Shown: piece after piece, positions 14,547 to 28,429 of the stretch
Layout: the number at the start of each line of letters is the position of its first letter
How positions within the stretch are numbered: position 1 is the first letter of the stretch
NCBI GenBank assembly: GCA_964016885.1
Contig: OZ024742.1
Span: 304,234,001 to 304,298,000, forward strand
DNA: 64,000 nt
Direction: 5' to 3'
Source: Eledone cirrhosa
Taxonomy: Eukaryota
Translations under genes and position numbers: made by a program
The notes under the pieces: model-generated
Database searches by the model: none
What the model was told of the DNA's origin: nothing
What the model saw: the letters and a program-made list of their open reading frames with translations, nothing else

Positions 14547-14660
14547 TATACATATAGTAATAATAATAAATTTGAAGGCTAAAATTCAAAGAAGGCTCGA
14601 TAAGGAGAATAAATATATGTACATATATATATATATGTGTATGTGTGTGTGTGTATGTAT

Positions 14661-14956
14661 GTGTGTGTATGTATGTGTATGTATGTGAGTATATTTGTGT
14701 TTGCTTGTGTTTGTATTTCTGAGTGAGTCGATGTTTATTTGTATATTGGAAGCTCGAAACTACGGGTGATACATATTCAGCTTTGTAGGAATACATATAT
14801 ATATATATATGTGTGTGTATGTGTGTGTATGTATGTGTATGTATGTGAGTATATTTGTGTTTGCTTGTGTTTGTATTTCTGAGTGAGTCGATGTTTATTT
14901 GTATATTGGAAGCTCGAAACTACGGGTGATACATATTCAGCTTTGTAGGAATACAT
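14661..14956. repeat. Direct duplication, 160-bp period
   Basis: 14661-14796 recurs apparently identically at 14821-14956. Confidence 0.85.
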
Positions 14957-15110
14957 TTAATTCTAATCTTCATAACATCATCGAGTACGTTTTTGCTCAA
15001 TTCCGATTCCTACTAGAATAAAACTACGGTATATTCTCTCCTCTCTCTACACATACATATATATATAGACAAAAATACCTACGTACACACACATGCAACC
15101 ATATATATAT

Positions 15111-15158
<48 letters not shown>

Positions 15159-15205
15159 TTGCATGTGTGTGTACGTGTCTCTGTGTGTGGGTGTATGTAG
15201 GTGTG

Positions 15206-15345
<140 letters not shown>

Positions 15346-15607
15346 TACATATATATACACATATGCTATATGCGTGTGTTTGTGCGTGGGTATACTTGAA
15401 TGCGTTTGAAATTACAGCTATACAAATATATATTTTGTAAACAATGTGAAAAAATATTGTATTCTACATAATAAAATATTAAAAGTGTGAAATAAAAATC
15501 AGTATCGAATATTACAATGTATAAAAAAATATAAAATGCGACTTAACAAATTAGAAGCAAAATATTAAAGAATAAGTTTTGAAATTGTCTGGAATAGTTT
15601 TTCGTTT

Positions 15608-15650
<43 letters not shown>

Positions 15651-17019
15651 CGAGAAGGAGATAGAATGTATGCAGATATGTATGTATGTATATATGTATT
15701 TTTGTATGTATGTGTGTATGTGTGTATGTATGTATGTAGGTATGTGTGAATTTATGTATGTATGTATAATTTTCATTTCTTAATTTCTATAATTGTTATT
15801 TGTTTATAAATTGTGTTTAGATTATATTGAAGGACAAACTAACACATTTGTCTCTTTAAAATATATGAATATTATAATTTTTTTCATATTTAGTTACATG
15901 AGATACGACCAACATAAATATAGCTTCGCACTAAGAAATTTACAGAAATTTGGTGAAAGGGATGATAATGATGATGTTACCGTTAATGATAGCGCCTGTT
16001 TATTATGGTAGTGATAGCGGTGGTGGTATTGGTGCTGTTATTGTTGATGTGGTGATGATGTTGCTGTGGTTGTGATGGTAACATTGTTGGTTTTAATTGA
16101 GGGGTTTGGGTGTGTTGCTATTAGAGGTGATATTGTTCTTTGTGTTAACGATAGCTATGATGTTGTTGATGGTGAATATGGTGGGGAGTTTGTGGATTTG
16201 TGTGCGATGGTAGCGTTGGTGTGGTGATTATTGTCGTTGTAGTGATAGTCGTAGTGTTGGCTGGTGTGTTGGAGGTGGTGATTATAATGAGGTGGTTGTT
16301 GTGGTCGTGGTGTTCGTTGAGTTGTTATTATAATGATGATAGCATTGGTTATGATGATGGTTGTGATGAGGACTGTGGTTGAAGGTCTACTAGTGTTGTT
16401 GGTGGTAAATATGATAATGATGCCATACTATTATGGGTTCTGGTGGTTGTGATATAGATGATGGTAGATTTTGTGTTGATTGCAATATGCGTAATTTCCG
16501 TAGTGTTTCTGGTGTTGGTGGCCTTGTTGTGGGGATATTGTTGCTGCTGCTGGTGATCTTGATGATGATGATAGTAATGGCGATGGCAGCGTTGGTGGCT
16601 TTTGTATGTGATGAGGAAGGTAACGATAACATTTCTGTTTACATTTCAGTACAAATTACTAAAGTTGTTAATGCAGCTTAATTTCAGTAGATCGCAGATT
16701 CTTACATATGCTAAAATCCGTATCACAAACAGAAATAATCTACACCTGAATCGCGTTTTCGTGAGGACGTTCCATCTGTCCGACCGTACAAGTTAGCGTG
16801 ATATAAATATATCTAAGGCCATGGTCAATACAACAAGGGTTTAAGGTATGCAATCGTTGATTTTTTAAACACCAATAAGCGTATATAGAATGCCGCTACT
16901 TAGGTTAAAGACGGGAGTTTGCCAATGATTATAAGTCAATTATTTCGTTTTTTCTACTCAAGGTCGAACTTGCGTATGAATAAAATAATGTTTTCTCAGT
17001 TTAAATTATGCAAATTTAA

Positions 17020-17290
17020 ACATTAAAAATAGATAGATGAGAATATGTCCTGTGATGGTATTTCTAACAAAGAACGCGTAAATAGGGTATATTACAATCG
17101 ATTAAGAAACATATGGTCATCTGTAATCTCCTCGCACAATACGATAACAGCTCAGAATGTGTTTGCTGTGCTTGACCTAAGACCCACATTCGGAATACTC
17201 GATAAATAGAATTCGAGCTCTCGAAGCTAAGACCCGAGATATCCTAATCAACACCGCAAACTTCCACATTTCAGTTTCGCATCATATCAC
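17020..17290 (+). mobile_element. Degenerate R4/Dong-like RT thumb fragment
   Basis: NKERVNRVYYNRLRNIWSSVISSHNTITAQNVFAVLDLRPTFGILD...KTRDILINTANFH aligns by eye with EYIRRVKSVLKSHLNSRNVISAVNSRPVSIIRYSAGIL...KTRKLL of the element at 40.6 kb. Confidence 0.6.
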
Positions 17291-17573
17291 TCCGACAACA
17301 TCTACCAACCAGCAAGTGTAGGAGCTTCTATTGAGTAAGTCTGTCTTCAAGAGATAGCTAAGATCATTAGAGTTGGGAAGAGGGCTCTTTGATAAATATT
17401 ACTGCATAATAATCAAACACTCACACCCAGGGAAATTGTCCATCATTAGTGCACTTAATCCATGGATGAAAAAATGCATTTATAAAAGAAGGAAACCAGA
17501 AGAACATAGATACATACATACATTTACAAACACACAAACACACACACACCACATATATATATATGAGCATCCA

Positions 17574-17689
<116 letters not shown>

Positions 17690-17873
17690 TATATATATAG
17701 TAATGAGTATAATCGAAGTTGCAGCTGCAAGTAGCAGATTAGCCCCGATCTTCGACGAAGGTCACAAAACACTCGACGATAGAGTGAACACAAGAAGTTA
17801 GGTAATAGTGACACCATGAATAATGCGACCATAGGTATATTGCCATTTTAATATTACAACAACGAAAAATACA

Positions 17874-17953
<80 letters not shown>

Positions 17954-18009
17954 TATAAGGATAAGGAACAAGTATTCCCTGTTGCATCATTAGACGAACT
18001 CATATACTA

Positions 18010-18103
18010 AGCATATCTGACGACCTTTCGATTACAGAGTCAAGTTTGTTCTATAATCGGTCTTACCTCGAGCTGATCGCTAGTGAAACATATGTAGTAT
18101 GTT
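18010..18103 (+). ncRNA. Type I hammerhead ribozyme motif
   Basis: AGCAUAU-CUGACGA-(long helix II, CGAUUA/UGAUCG)-GAAA-CAUAU-GUA-GUAUGUU; helix III palindrome ACAUAUGU; base of helix II mismatched. Confidence 0.65.
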
Positions 18104-18237
18104 ATTAAATATATTATGATGCAATACTGAATCAGTTACTTATCCTTATAGTTACTTATCCTCTGCTCTGCGCGAGCATCGAGTGCATAATCGGCAGCAT
18201 ACCACCTGCGGACACATTTTTTATGCAACCATACAAC

Positions 18238-18285
<48 letters not shown>

Positions 18286-18342
18286 TATATAGAATAAGGA
18301 AAAGCGAAGTAGTTTCAGATGTTCAAGTCCTTTAATAATAAT

Positions 18343-18416
18343 GCTGTGATATATATTTCAATGGCGACACTGGCCACACTGTTCTGTGTGCGAGTGTCGT
18401 GACATCATCAGACAGC
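18343..18416 (-). ncRNA. Type I hammerhead ribozyme motif
   Basis: GCUGU-CUGAUGA-(CGACACU/AGUGUCG helix II)-GAAA-UAUAU-AUC-ACAGC; 5-bp helix I; helix III palindrome AUAUAUAU. Confidence 0.8.
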
Positions 18417-18572
18417 TTGTTACATAACAAGGTTATGTTTCCGAGGCAATCCAAATTGAATCGACATGGGAACGCTTTTCCTTATTCGATATTTACTCCG
18501 TCACTCCTATGTGGAAAAAGTACGTTGAGTGCTTGAATTGAATTGCATCAATATTTACCCTAATAATACATA

Positions 18573-18660
<88 letters not shown>

Positions 18661-18664
<4 letters not shown>

Positions 18665-19460
18665 TAAATTAGCGAGAATCGTATTTCAGCTCAGGAATTA
18701 ATGAAAATCAACTTCCGAGATGTGTGGCAAGCGCTCGATGATTCATATGAATCAGAGCTACAACATACGTTAAGGGCCAAACACACTGAGATGGTGGTTA
18801 AACAAATCATCCGCACTGCCAAAATAAACGACCAAGTAATTCGGGTCAAACAATAAAAATATATGTGAAAATTTACCCGGACCCCTGGGTGGTTGGTAAA
18901 ATCCAGTATTTGGGTTTCTGCGACTCCATAAATCAGGTACTGTCCGCCTACATAAAGAATGTTAGGCTTCTGGTAAGATGATCGAACAAGGGAGCCGTGT
19001 TATCGACGGGTTTTTGCACAAAATGCTATACATAAGTGTGCCTATTACTGACCCCACGTGGAGTTCAGCAAGGGAGGCAACACTTATATTAGGCAAATGA
19101 ATTCAGTTGTGTATAATATTGCGAGAATGCAAAATATCACAAATCGAATTAAGTTCTCGACAGAATGGTTAAATATAACATAGCTATTCATCAGTCAATA
19201 GAAGCAACAAAAAATCAATAAAATTAACTGCTCAATAGCTAGACTCTGGAGATTAATACAAATATAAATTAGCGAGAATCGTATTTCAGCTCAGGAATTA
19301 AGGAAAATCAACTTCCGAGATGTGTGGCAAGCACTTGATGATTCATATGAATCAGAGCTACAACATACGTTAAGGGCCAAATACACTGAGATGGTGGTTA
19401 AATAAATCATCCGCACTGCCAAAATAAACGACCAAGTAATTCGGGTCAAACAATAAAAAT
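18661..19460. repeat. Terminally redundant 600-bp unit (200-bp direct repeat)
   Basis: 18661-18860 recurs at 19261-19460 with a few substitutions; starts at a (TA)n tract. Confidence 0.85.
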
Positions 19461-19879
19461 AGGTGAGCTCAGTTTTTTGAGGACACGTCTTTTTGTAGAT
19501 CTAAAATGTTGTACGGAGTCTTGTCAACACAACATGGAATATAACTGAATGACATTAGAAATATTATATAACAGCATTATTGCTAAAAATGCAGTCTGGC
19601 AAATTCATGGTGGTAGGTGCGACGGTTCCATTGGAAAACTGAATCAATGGAACAATACAAACTATCAATAACAGAAAAGACGAAATAAAACAAAATCCCT
19701 CTAAATTGCCTGTCATCTTAATCATATTGAAAAACATTCTTAACTAATTTCGGTGCGATCAGTTCCGTACGGTTCTATGTATCGCACTAGATGTTACACA
19801 TGTATACATATGACACATATGTTTCTAAGTGTCAATTGATGATTAAGTTGGATGCCAGATGATTGGATACGAATCATGT

Positions 19880-20140
19880 GTTTATGTCAGTCTACATTTT
19901 ATATATTTGTGTGTGCGTGTGGAGTGTATCCGTGTATGTATGTGTGCATACACACACGCACATGTATATATATATATATATATGTGTGTGTGTGCGTGTG
20001 TGCGTGCATGCTTGTGTGTGTGTGTGTGCATGTATGGAGTGCGTTCGTGTATGTATGTGTGCATATTAATACGAATATGTGAGCGTGCATACACATATCC
20101 CTCTCTCTATATATATATGTGTGTGTGTGGGTGTGTGTGT

Positions 20141-20182
<42 letters not shown>

Positions 20183-20254
20183 AGTGCATTCCTGTATGTC
20201 TGTGTGCATACTAATACGAATATGTGAGCGTACATACACATATCTATCTATCTA

Positions 20255-20325
<71 letters not shown>

Positions 20326-20460
20326 ATGTGTGTGTGTGTGTGTGTGTGTGCGTGTGTGTGTGTGTGTGTGTTTGTGTGTGTTTGTGTGTGTATTTATATA
20401 TGAGTGTGTATGAGTATGGAGTGCATTCGTGTATATATATATATCTGTATTCTTATACGG
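19880..20460. repeat. Degenerate microsatellite-containing tandem repeat
   Basis: GGAGTG(C/T)(A/G)T(T/C)C(G/C)TGTATG...AATACGAATATGTGAGCG recurs at about 19921, 20036, 20181 and 20418 between (GT)n/(TA)n runs. Confidence 0.6.
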
Positions 20461-20676
20461 GTTTGTAAGCGTGTGGGAGATCAATTTAGTAGCGGAAAGG
20501 AAAGAATACAGTTTCACAGGTGATTGTTGTTAAATACTATGCTACGTATTATTACGTAGATATCATTCTATCATGTCACATGCGAAGCACTAACAACTCA
20601 TGATTATATTTCTAGTATAAATGTTGCCCTGAGGTATACGATGTAATCACACACACACATACACACACATATGCAC

Positions 20677-20739
<63 letters not shown>

Positions 20740-20762
20740 CAATATTACCCTTATCTTATTTA

Positions 20763-20956
<194 letters not shown>

Positions 20957-21018
20957 TTAAAATAACAGATTAAAGTTAAGTTTAAGCAAAGAATCGATAG
21001 ATAGATAGATATATGTAC

Positions 21019-21099
<81 letters not shown>

Positions 21100-21102
<3 letters not shown>

Positions 21103-22110
21103 TCTACACGCCTTACCACCACTGACCCCCACTCACACCCGCATTCAAACCTTTCTCCACCTCCTGTATACTAACACCCACTAACACCTCTACTAATACA
21201 TACACACACCCTCCTCACTCCAACTTTCACATCTACCCATCCTCTCCCCTTTATCATTCCACTTTATTGCTGCTATGCCGTCCGACCACCTCCCAGCACA
21301 CAGAGACACACAGCACTCCTACTGCCTTGACCACTTCCTGTTGCGCGCGCACCCCACATCTCCCCTCTTCCGACCAATCTCTCCACGGATTACACGTATG
21401 TGGACCTTGACCGCGGAATCAACCACCATCCTAGGATTTTACCAACCATTCCACCACATCTTCTTACTGAATCACCTTTATGACTCACCCACACACACAC
21501 ACACCCCAAAAATGTTTTTCCCACACGCCACCTACACCCACAACACGCTTAAACACCACACACACACACGTGCGTTCCACCAGATATTTACACATTCAGC
21601 CTCCGGATTCCTCTCCCCCCACCCCTCTATCCACACACGCACACACACTCCGATCTACACCCCACCCCCACACACCTCTTCCTGAACATGCAACCCTGTT
21701 CTTCCCCCAACACTTGCTTTCACATATACACACACACACGTACACCTACACACACACACCACATTCAGCCCTCCCCGCTCGGACACCCCGTCTCCCTCTC
21801 CCCACTCCACCCGCCACCACCCCTACACGCCCCACACTCTTCCACCACCTGTTTTACCCCATTTTAATTTTAATTTGATCATGCATTTATTTTTAATTTC
21901 ATTTGCACCGTTTCCTCCCACCCCCTTTTTGCTACATGTCTCTCCACCACTCCCCTACACACCCTTTGAACTCTCTTCCCACACACTTTTCACCTGAAGA
22001 AGGGCTTATGACCGAAACGTCGTTCCCCACCACCACCCAACTCTCAAGAGCGTGAAATTAATAAACATTCGCTGTACTGCCTCTCTGTCTTGTTCCTGTT
22101 CAAATTTTCC
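21100..22110 (+). mobile_element. PLE-derived 3' fragment / pLTR with minimal hammerhead relic
   Basis: C/A-rich body; CAC-CUGAAGA-AGGGC-UUAU-GACC-GAAA-C-GUC-GUU at 21991-22024 (helix III ACGU palindrome; helices I and II each carry a mismatch); AATAAA at 22060. Confidence 0.5.
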
Positions 22111-22293
22111 ATTATATATATATATATACAGCACCAATTATATATATATATATATATATAAATTAATAAAAACAATGAATAAAAACAAAGAAACTGTTCC
22201 TTATATTAAAACATCTTTTCTTTTCATGATATTTGGATTAGATTGAGTTCCTCATACGGATTGGACACTACCGTATATTTTGGTAGATTTATC

Positions 22294-22387
<94 letters not shown>

Positions 22388-22537
22388 ATAAAGGTTGACG
22401 GACCCACCATATTTATCAATGCCAGTACCGGTTGTGTCTCAGCGCACTCAATGGGCAAAGTAAGATACATTACCAGAGTATACACATAATTATTTGCCTC
22501 ACTCAACACAACACACGTAAAACGGGTGCCTATAAGG

Positions 22538-22652
22538 TTCCCGGACTCGAGTTTCTGCCGCACTAATGCAGCAGTAAGGTGCACTGCACCATCCGTATGC
22601 ATATATTATGCAACAATGCACAATCGGCTTATGCGGCTTCATCAGCGTGTAA
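22538..22652 (-). ncRNA. Type I hammerhead ribozyme motif
   Basis: ACACG-CUGAUGA-AGCCGCA...UGCGGCA-GAAA-CUCGA-GUC-CGGG; helix III palindrome ACUCGAGU; helix I partly mismatched. Confidence 0.7.
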
Positions 22653-23635
22653 ATACTATGCTAATCAATAACCTATCGATCGACAGAATCTAAACACCAG
22701 CCCATGCCGGTCATGACTGTTTGTGGCAACCGACACGGTAAAGCGATTAGCAACTGGCACCCGACAGGACTTTATCTCTCAACTAGTCATTGATTTATAA
22801 ATTTTACGTGGGGACGAGAAGCTAAAAAGAATCAATCTTTTAGTTCCTGTCAGAAGCTTTCAGCCAACGTGTCTCACAGACAAATTATCAAGGGGTGAAA
22901 AGATGGCTATTAAAAATAGCAGTTCACATTGATATAAAATAGAATGGTAGTATTCGGTTCATGTCTCCAAGCCCCATGGCTAGAGGAAAGCGATGGTAAC
23001 AATGGTAGTGCCAAGAACCTTTAACGGACTTTAAATGCGATCATCCATTATATAACAATATAGTAGCGAGCTGAAATGTGTCAGCCACGTGCGTAGATAA
23101 CCAGTCTAATTCACAACTTAAAAGAGTGAGAGACAAAATTAATAGCAGGAAAAGGAGTGTATATATATATATATATATATGTAATTGGTGCTGTTGATGC
23201 TTAAAGCATCCGTAAGCGGTAGGCCGTTTGAGCAGTCGATGCTCTTACATTGCAGAGTATGATATTGGAAACTCTGCTTCGTAGAATCGAGACGTATCTG
23301 CGGCCCTTGCGATTTCAGAGTCAGTTTCGATCATTACATCGATCGTGGCTCGACAGAGATACGATTGTAATATGTCTAATAAATTTTATTCGTCGCAACA
23401 CTGTTTCTCCGTTTCTTAAGTGATATATATATTTATATATATATAAATATATATATATATATGTTCTTTTGCAAGCAGATCACACAATCTTATAGACAAC
23501 GCGTATATGCAATGTTATATAGGTGTATGCTTATAGTTATAGAGATAATGAGGGTTAGGTGTTTGGACAGAATGTAATTGATTGTCAGATATCTATAGAT
23601 TTGTAGAGAGACAGCTATATATATATATATGACAG

Positions 23636-23772
<137 letters not shown>

Positions 23773-24075
23773 ATATATGCATATATAATTATGTATGTGT
23801 GTGTGTGTGTGAGGGAGAGAGAGAGAGGGGGTGAGTATGTGAATGTACGTGTATGCTTGTATGGATGAATGAAAAAATAAATAGGTAGATATAAGATAGA
23901 TTGATATCTTAGTTAATTATGTATTAAACAAATTTATTTAAAGAAAATATTTTGTACGTATAAAGACAATTAACATAATAGATATGATTTGCAAAATAAA
24001 CAAGTCGCTGCGATACTTTATTTAATGTTATGCGTTACAAAATTTTAATTCAAAATTACTATTCATTAGGGAAAA

Positions 24076-24132
<57 letters not shown>

Positions 24133-24154
24133 TATATGCATATATACATACATA

Positions 24155-25905
24155 CAGTGGCGTAGCTAGGGTGTGGCAAGCAGGGCACATACCACGGGCG
24201 CCATATTTAGGGGGGCGCAATTTCGACCTAGATCGATTTAAATCCATGTCGTTTTTATCATTTTTAAAAATATAAGCCAAAAATGAAGCATGTGATTTCT
24301 TGATACCCGACTTCCACGCAATGTCTAGTGCACTAGACGGAGCAGATGTCTGATTTGACTTCACAAAACTCCCCCCCCCCCCATACACACACACAAACTG
24401 AATGGACGTACTTTTGGACGTGCCACTGGTGGACACGCAGGTGCTATTTTTAGCAATGCATTGCAATGACCAATACAAGATAATTATAATTATGAAGCTG
24501 GTTTACAAAACAGAATAGTTTGTCTTTTACAACTGGTACATAAGACGTATAGAAAAGGTATCATAATCCAAATGGCCAGATAAGATCGGATAGCTTCTAT
24601 TAGGAATTCAATTTGACTCCAGTTTAGAGGGTTCAATGTTTTCTTCTATAATATAGTTCGTCAGAATGTACTAAATCGTATCCAAAATGCAAGATACTAT
24701 GGTCTGCTGATTGATTCGACCCCTGACCAGGCGCACCGAGAACAACTGTCAAACGTGGTTGTTAAATATCCTTTCGACACGCGGTGGAGTGCTAGATGTA
24801 CCGCAGTCAGACCGGTGGCGAATTACTTGACGCTGATTGTTCAAGTTCTCCAAAAAATTAGTGATGATGAAACAGAGACATGCGAGAGTAGAAGTGATGC
24901 CAGTAATCTCCATAATCGGATACTGAGTTATGTGTTCCTGAACTTGATTGGATTCTGGAACATGATTCTCCCACGAATTGACCGGGTTCAAAAGAGACTT
25001 CAAGATCCAAGAATGCATTTTCACGATGCTGCAGCTGATATAGGAGCCCTTCAACTTTATTTTAAAGAAGAAGGAACATCCTTAATCCACGAGTCTCTTG
25101 AAATGGGCTTCGACCCCTGCCAGAAATGGAATGTCGATTTTCCGAGGAGGCGAGGAAGACGACAAACCAATACCGAAATTACTGAGGACGTCGAGGTGGC
25201 TGCCAGAAAAGTAATAGAGAGAGCAATGCAAAGTTCACTCAATCGTCTTCAAACAGAAATGGAACAACGGTTTATTCGACTTAAGGAAACCGACTCAAGT
25301 TTTGGCTTTCTTCATGATGTCAACTATCTGTTTTATTTAGCTGCTCCTGACAACCTTGTCCTTAAACAAAGGTGCAACGGTTGCGGAACTATACAACTCC
25401 GACATCGACGGAGAGCAATTGTATGAGGAAATCTTGGACTGCCGATCTTTGCTGGCTACTAGGACAGCTGACGCAATTTTAAAGCCGGAGGCACTTCTCC
25501 AATTCATCATACAATACGGCGATGAATGTGTTTTTCCCAATTTGCGAATCAGCATTCAAATAATGTTGACGATTTCTATTTCAATTGCCAGTTACGAGAG
25601 GACGTTCAGCAAGCTGAAGCTAATACATTCGTATTTGCGAACCTCAATGGGCCAACAACAACTGACTGAGCTCGCCCTTTTGAGTGTAGTAATTGAAGAG
25701 TTTGAACGAACTGATTTCGAGGAAATTATCAACCAGTTTGCCTCATTAAAAGCCCGAAAATTCAAGTTGTAACCGTTTTTTGTTTTTTTTTATTATAAAT
25801 TCTACCGCAATTTCGTCTTTGTGGATCTTGACTTTTTTTTTGGGGGGGGGGGGGGGGCAATTTTGATGCTTGCCCTGGCCGCCGTTTACCCTAGCTACGC
25901 CACTG
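24155..25905 (+). mobile_element. hAT DNA transposon, internally deleted and frameshifted
   Basis: Perfect 18-bp TIRs CAGTGGCGTAGCTAGGGT; 8-bp TSD CATACATA/CATATATA; motifs YGLLIDSTPDQAHREQL, DTRWSAR and dimerisation domain FPNLRISIQIMLTISISIASYERTFSKLKLIHSYLRTSMGQQQLTELALL. Confidence 0.95.
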
Positions 25906-25906
25906 C

Positions 25907-26001
<95 letters not shown>

Positions 26002-28429
26002 TATATACACACGCACACACATATATATATATCTCTGTGTGTGTGTGTATGAGAGAGTGCGCGTGTGTGTATGTATCTGTGTGGGTCTGTTTGTACGTGT
26101 GAGCGTGTTTGTGAATCCAGATTTCCAATATTTACAAATTTTAGTATTACTGTTTTGTCTTTTATTTTGACTATACTATCACTGTGATTATTCTCTTATT
26201 GGTTGTGTGGCATTCCTATACAATCTACATTTCAAATGACATATATTCTTTAATTGTCACATAGCTTTTACATCAATAGCTTAATCCCGTTGTTTTCCTG
26301 CGCGTTTCTATACATGCACCTAATTATAAATATGTCGACAGTTGTTTTTTTCATGTACCACAATATCAGGATTTTTATATACTATCTTTCTTTTGTATCG
26401 ATATTTTCGAAAACATATGAATGACCATGTAGATAACAGAAAGCTTTTTCTTCTGAGGAGTTGAAATTGTGTGGCAAAGTGTAAGTAAATTAGCATTGAA
26501 GATTTCTGTAAAAATAAAATACACAAGGAATATGATATTTGCTGCCTACAGAGAAACAATTGTAGTAATTCTGTTTAATATAGATGGTTTGTACAAATAT
26601 CAAGAATTTCCATTCAATCTGGTTTTCGTCATCCCATCTAGAATAAATTTCTTATTTGTTGAGAAAACATCCAATTCGCAATGTCCTTAGACATTATTAG
26701 CCCCCGATTACATTCACCTTGTGTTATTTAGTTTCCAATCGTATGTATGAGTAATGAAGTCTTCGTTGTCAGAGAGAGAGGGGAAAAAAGAGGAATTACC
26801 CCTCACCCCAATAAAAAACAAATAATAATAATAATAAAAAAATAAAATAAAAATAAATAAAATAACGACAACACAAGCCATCGACAAAATTTTGCGATGC
26901 TAAGCCTCGAAGCTGAATTGTCATAGGTAAGAGTCAAATAAACAGCCAGACAGAAATACCAATGTAAGTAAATTGCCCCTACCACAACTATAATAATAAC
27001 GACCAAACCCGCATCCACACAAACAACAAAAACGAAACAACAAAACGCAACAACAAAAACAAAACACTGAAAGAAATAGCATAAAACAAGAATTAAAACA
27101 ATGCGACATGGTCGGAGGCATAGACAGAGATCCGAATGCTCGAAGCTGATCGCTTGTGTCAAGGTGAAAAGCCTACCGCCACTGCATTAACGAACAAGAT
27201 AGCGGACATTCTTGCTGAGCAATCGTCAATAAACGTATATGGAGCTTTGTGTAAATGTGATTAACCTAGACTCGATAACACTTAGCAAAGAAATATCGAT
27301 GAGGAGAAATATTAAATAGAATGAACTGCTTCATTTGAATAAGGATAGGTGATGCATCTCTCCGGTTGGCAGATATGTTGAAAGATGAGGTGTAAGGATG
27401 CGACAGAAAGGAATGAAGGCAGGTACATCCTTCTTCGGCCATGCTCCAGGTGTAGGATATTTCCAGTTGTTTTTTTTTAAACAAAGGTGAAGGTGGAAAC
27501 GTAGTAACCGTATCAAATAGTAGGGGTAACGGTGAATACAGTAAGATCCGAGTGAATGGGCATATGCCTAGCATATACCAATTAGCCGGGGAATGACATC
27601 TGGACGAGGGCTCTTACTGTTGGTAGTCAGAGTAATTCAGGATCTCTTTAGCCTCTTCATAAGTTCTAAGTGACGTTTCTACTTTAGGGACAATAAAGAG
27701 TTTTGAACACTGTGTAATCTTTCATGTCGTTTTCCTTTTTCTCTCTCCATCGATTTCAATATAATACCCTCTAGGTTTCATATAATATTATAAAATCACT
27801 ATATAAAACACTTTTCAATAAAGCTATTCAATTGATTCAGTAACATAGATAATTAATGTTAATTATTCTGATCTTAATTATGTTATAGAAAATACCTATC
27901 TCATGAGAAAGGTTCCCTAATTAAAAGAAAAATGAAACAGGAAAAAATGAAAATATTACAAGTCATAAAATGCAATATGATATCAATATACTACAGTTAC
28001 GTTCTTCATTATTCCACATATACGTATAGACAGAGACACGCGTGTGCGGACATACGCGCACACAGGTGTAGACATTCATTCCTATTTAGCACTCACGAAT
28101 TCCAGCATAGTTGTTTTGCCATAAACATTTTGAAGCGTAGCCAGAAATGATGTAAAGACAAACCAGATACCTTCAATCATCTTATTGTTTTAATACAATA
28201 TAGACTATTTATCGTAAAGTAACTGAAATGAAAAATAAACATATTAAATATACAAAATCTCACAATGACAGGAAAATCCATTGACATTATATACAAATAA
28301 TTGAATATAAAAGCAAAACACAATATTAAAGAAAATGAAAAGAGAATGAACAAAAAAAAGGAAATGAAAAGAAGAAAGAAAAAAGCAATCGAAGAAAGAA
28401 AGAAGAGGAAAGGGAAGGGACAGGTAATA

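Noticed and set aside
19560-19680. RLE-like peptide KFMVVGATVPLE possibly belonging to the R4-like relic at 17 kb
   Set aside because: Too short to support as a separate feature
26340-26760. Possible minus-strand exons; peptide DDENQIEWKF reminiscent of a TRP box
   Set aside because: In-frame stop just upstream, no flanking transmembrane context, four-residue match can be chance
27180-27620. Possible LINE RT relic (SKIRVNGH)
   Set aside because: Only one short motif; too degenerate to call
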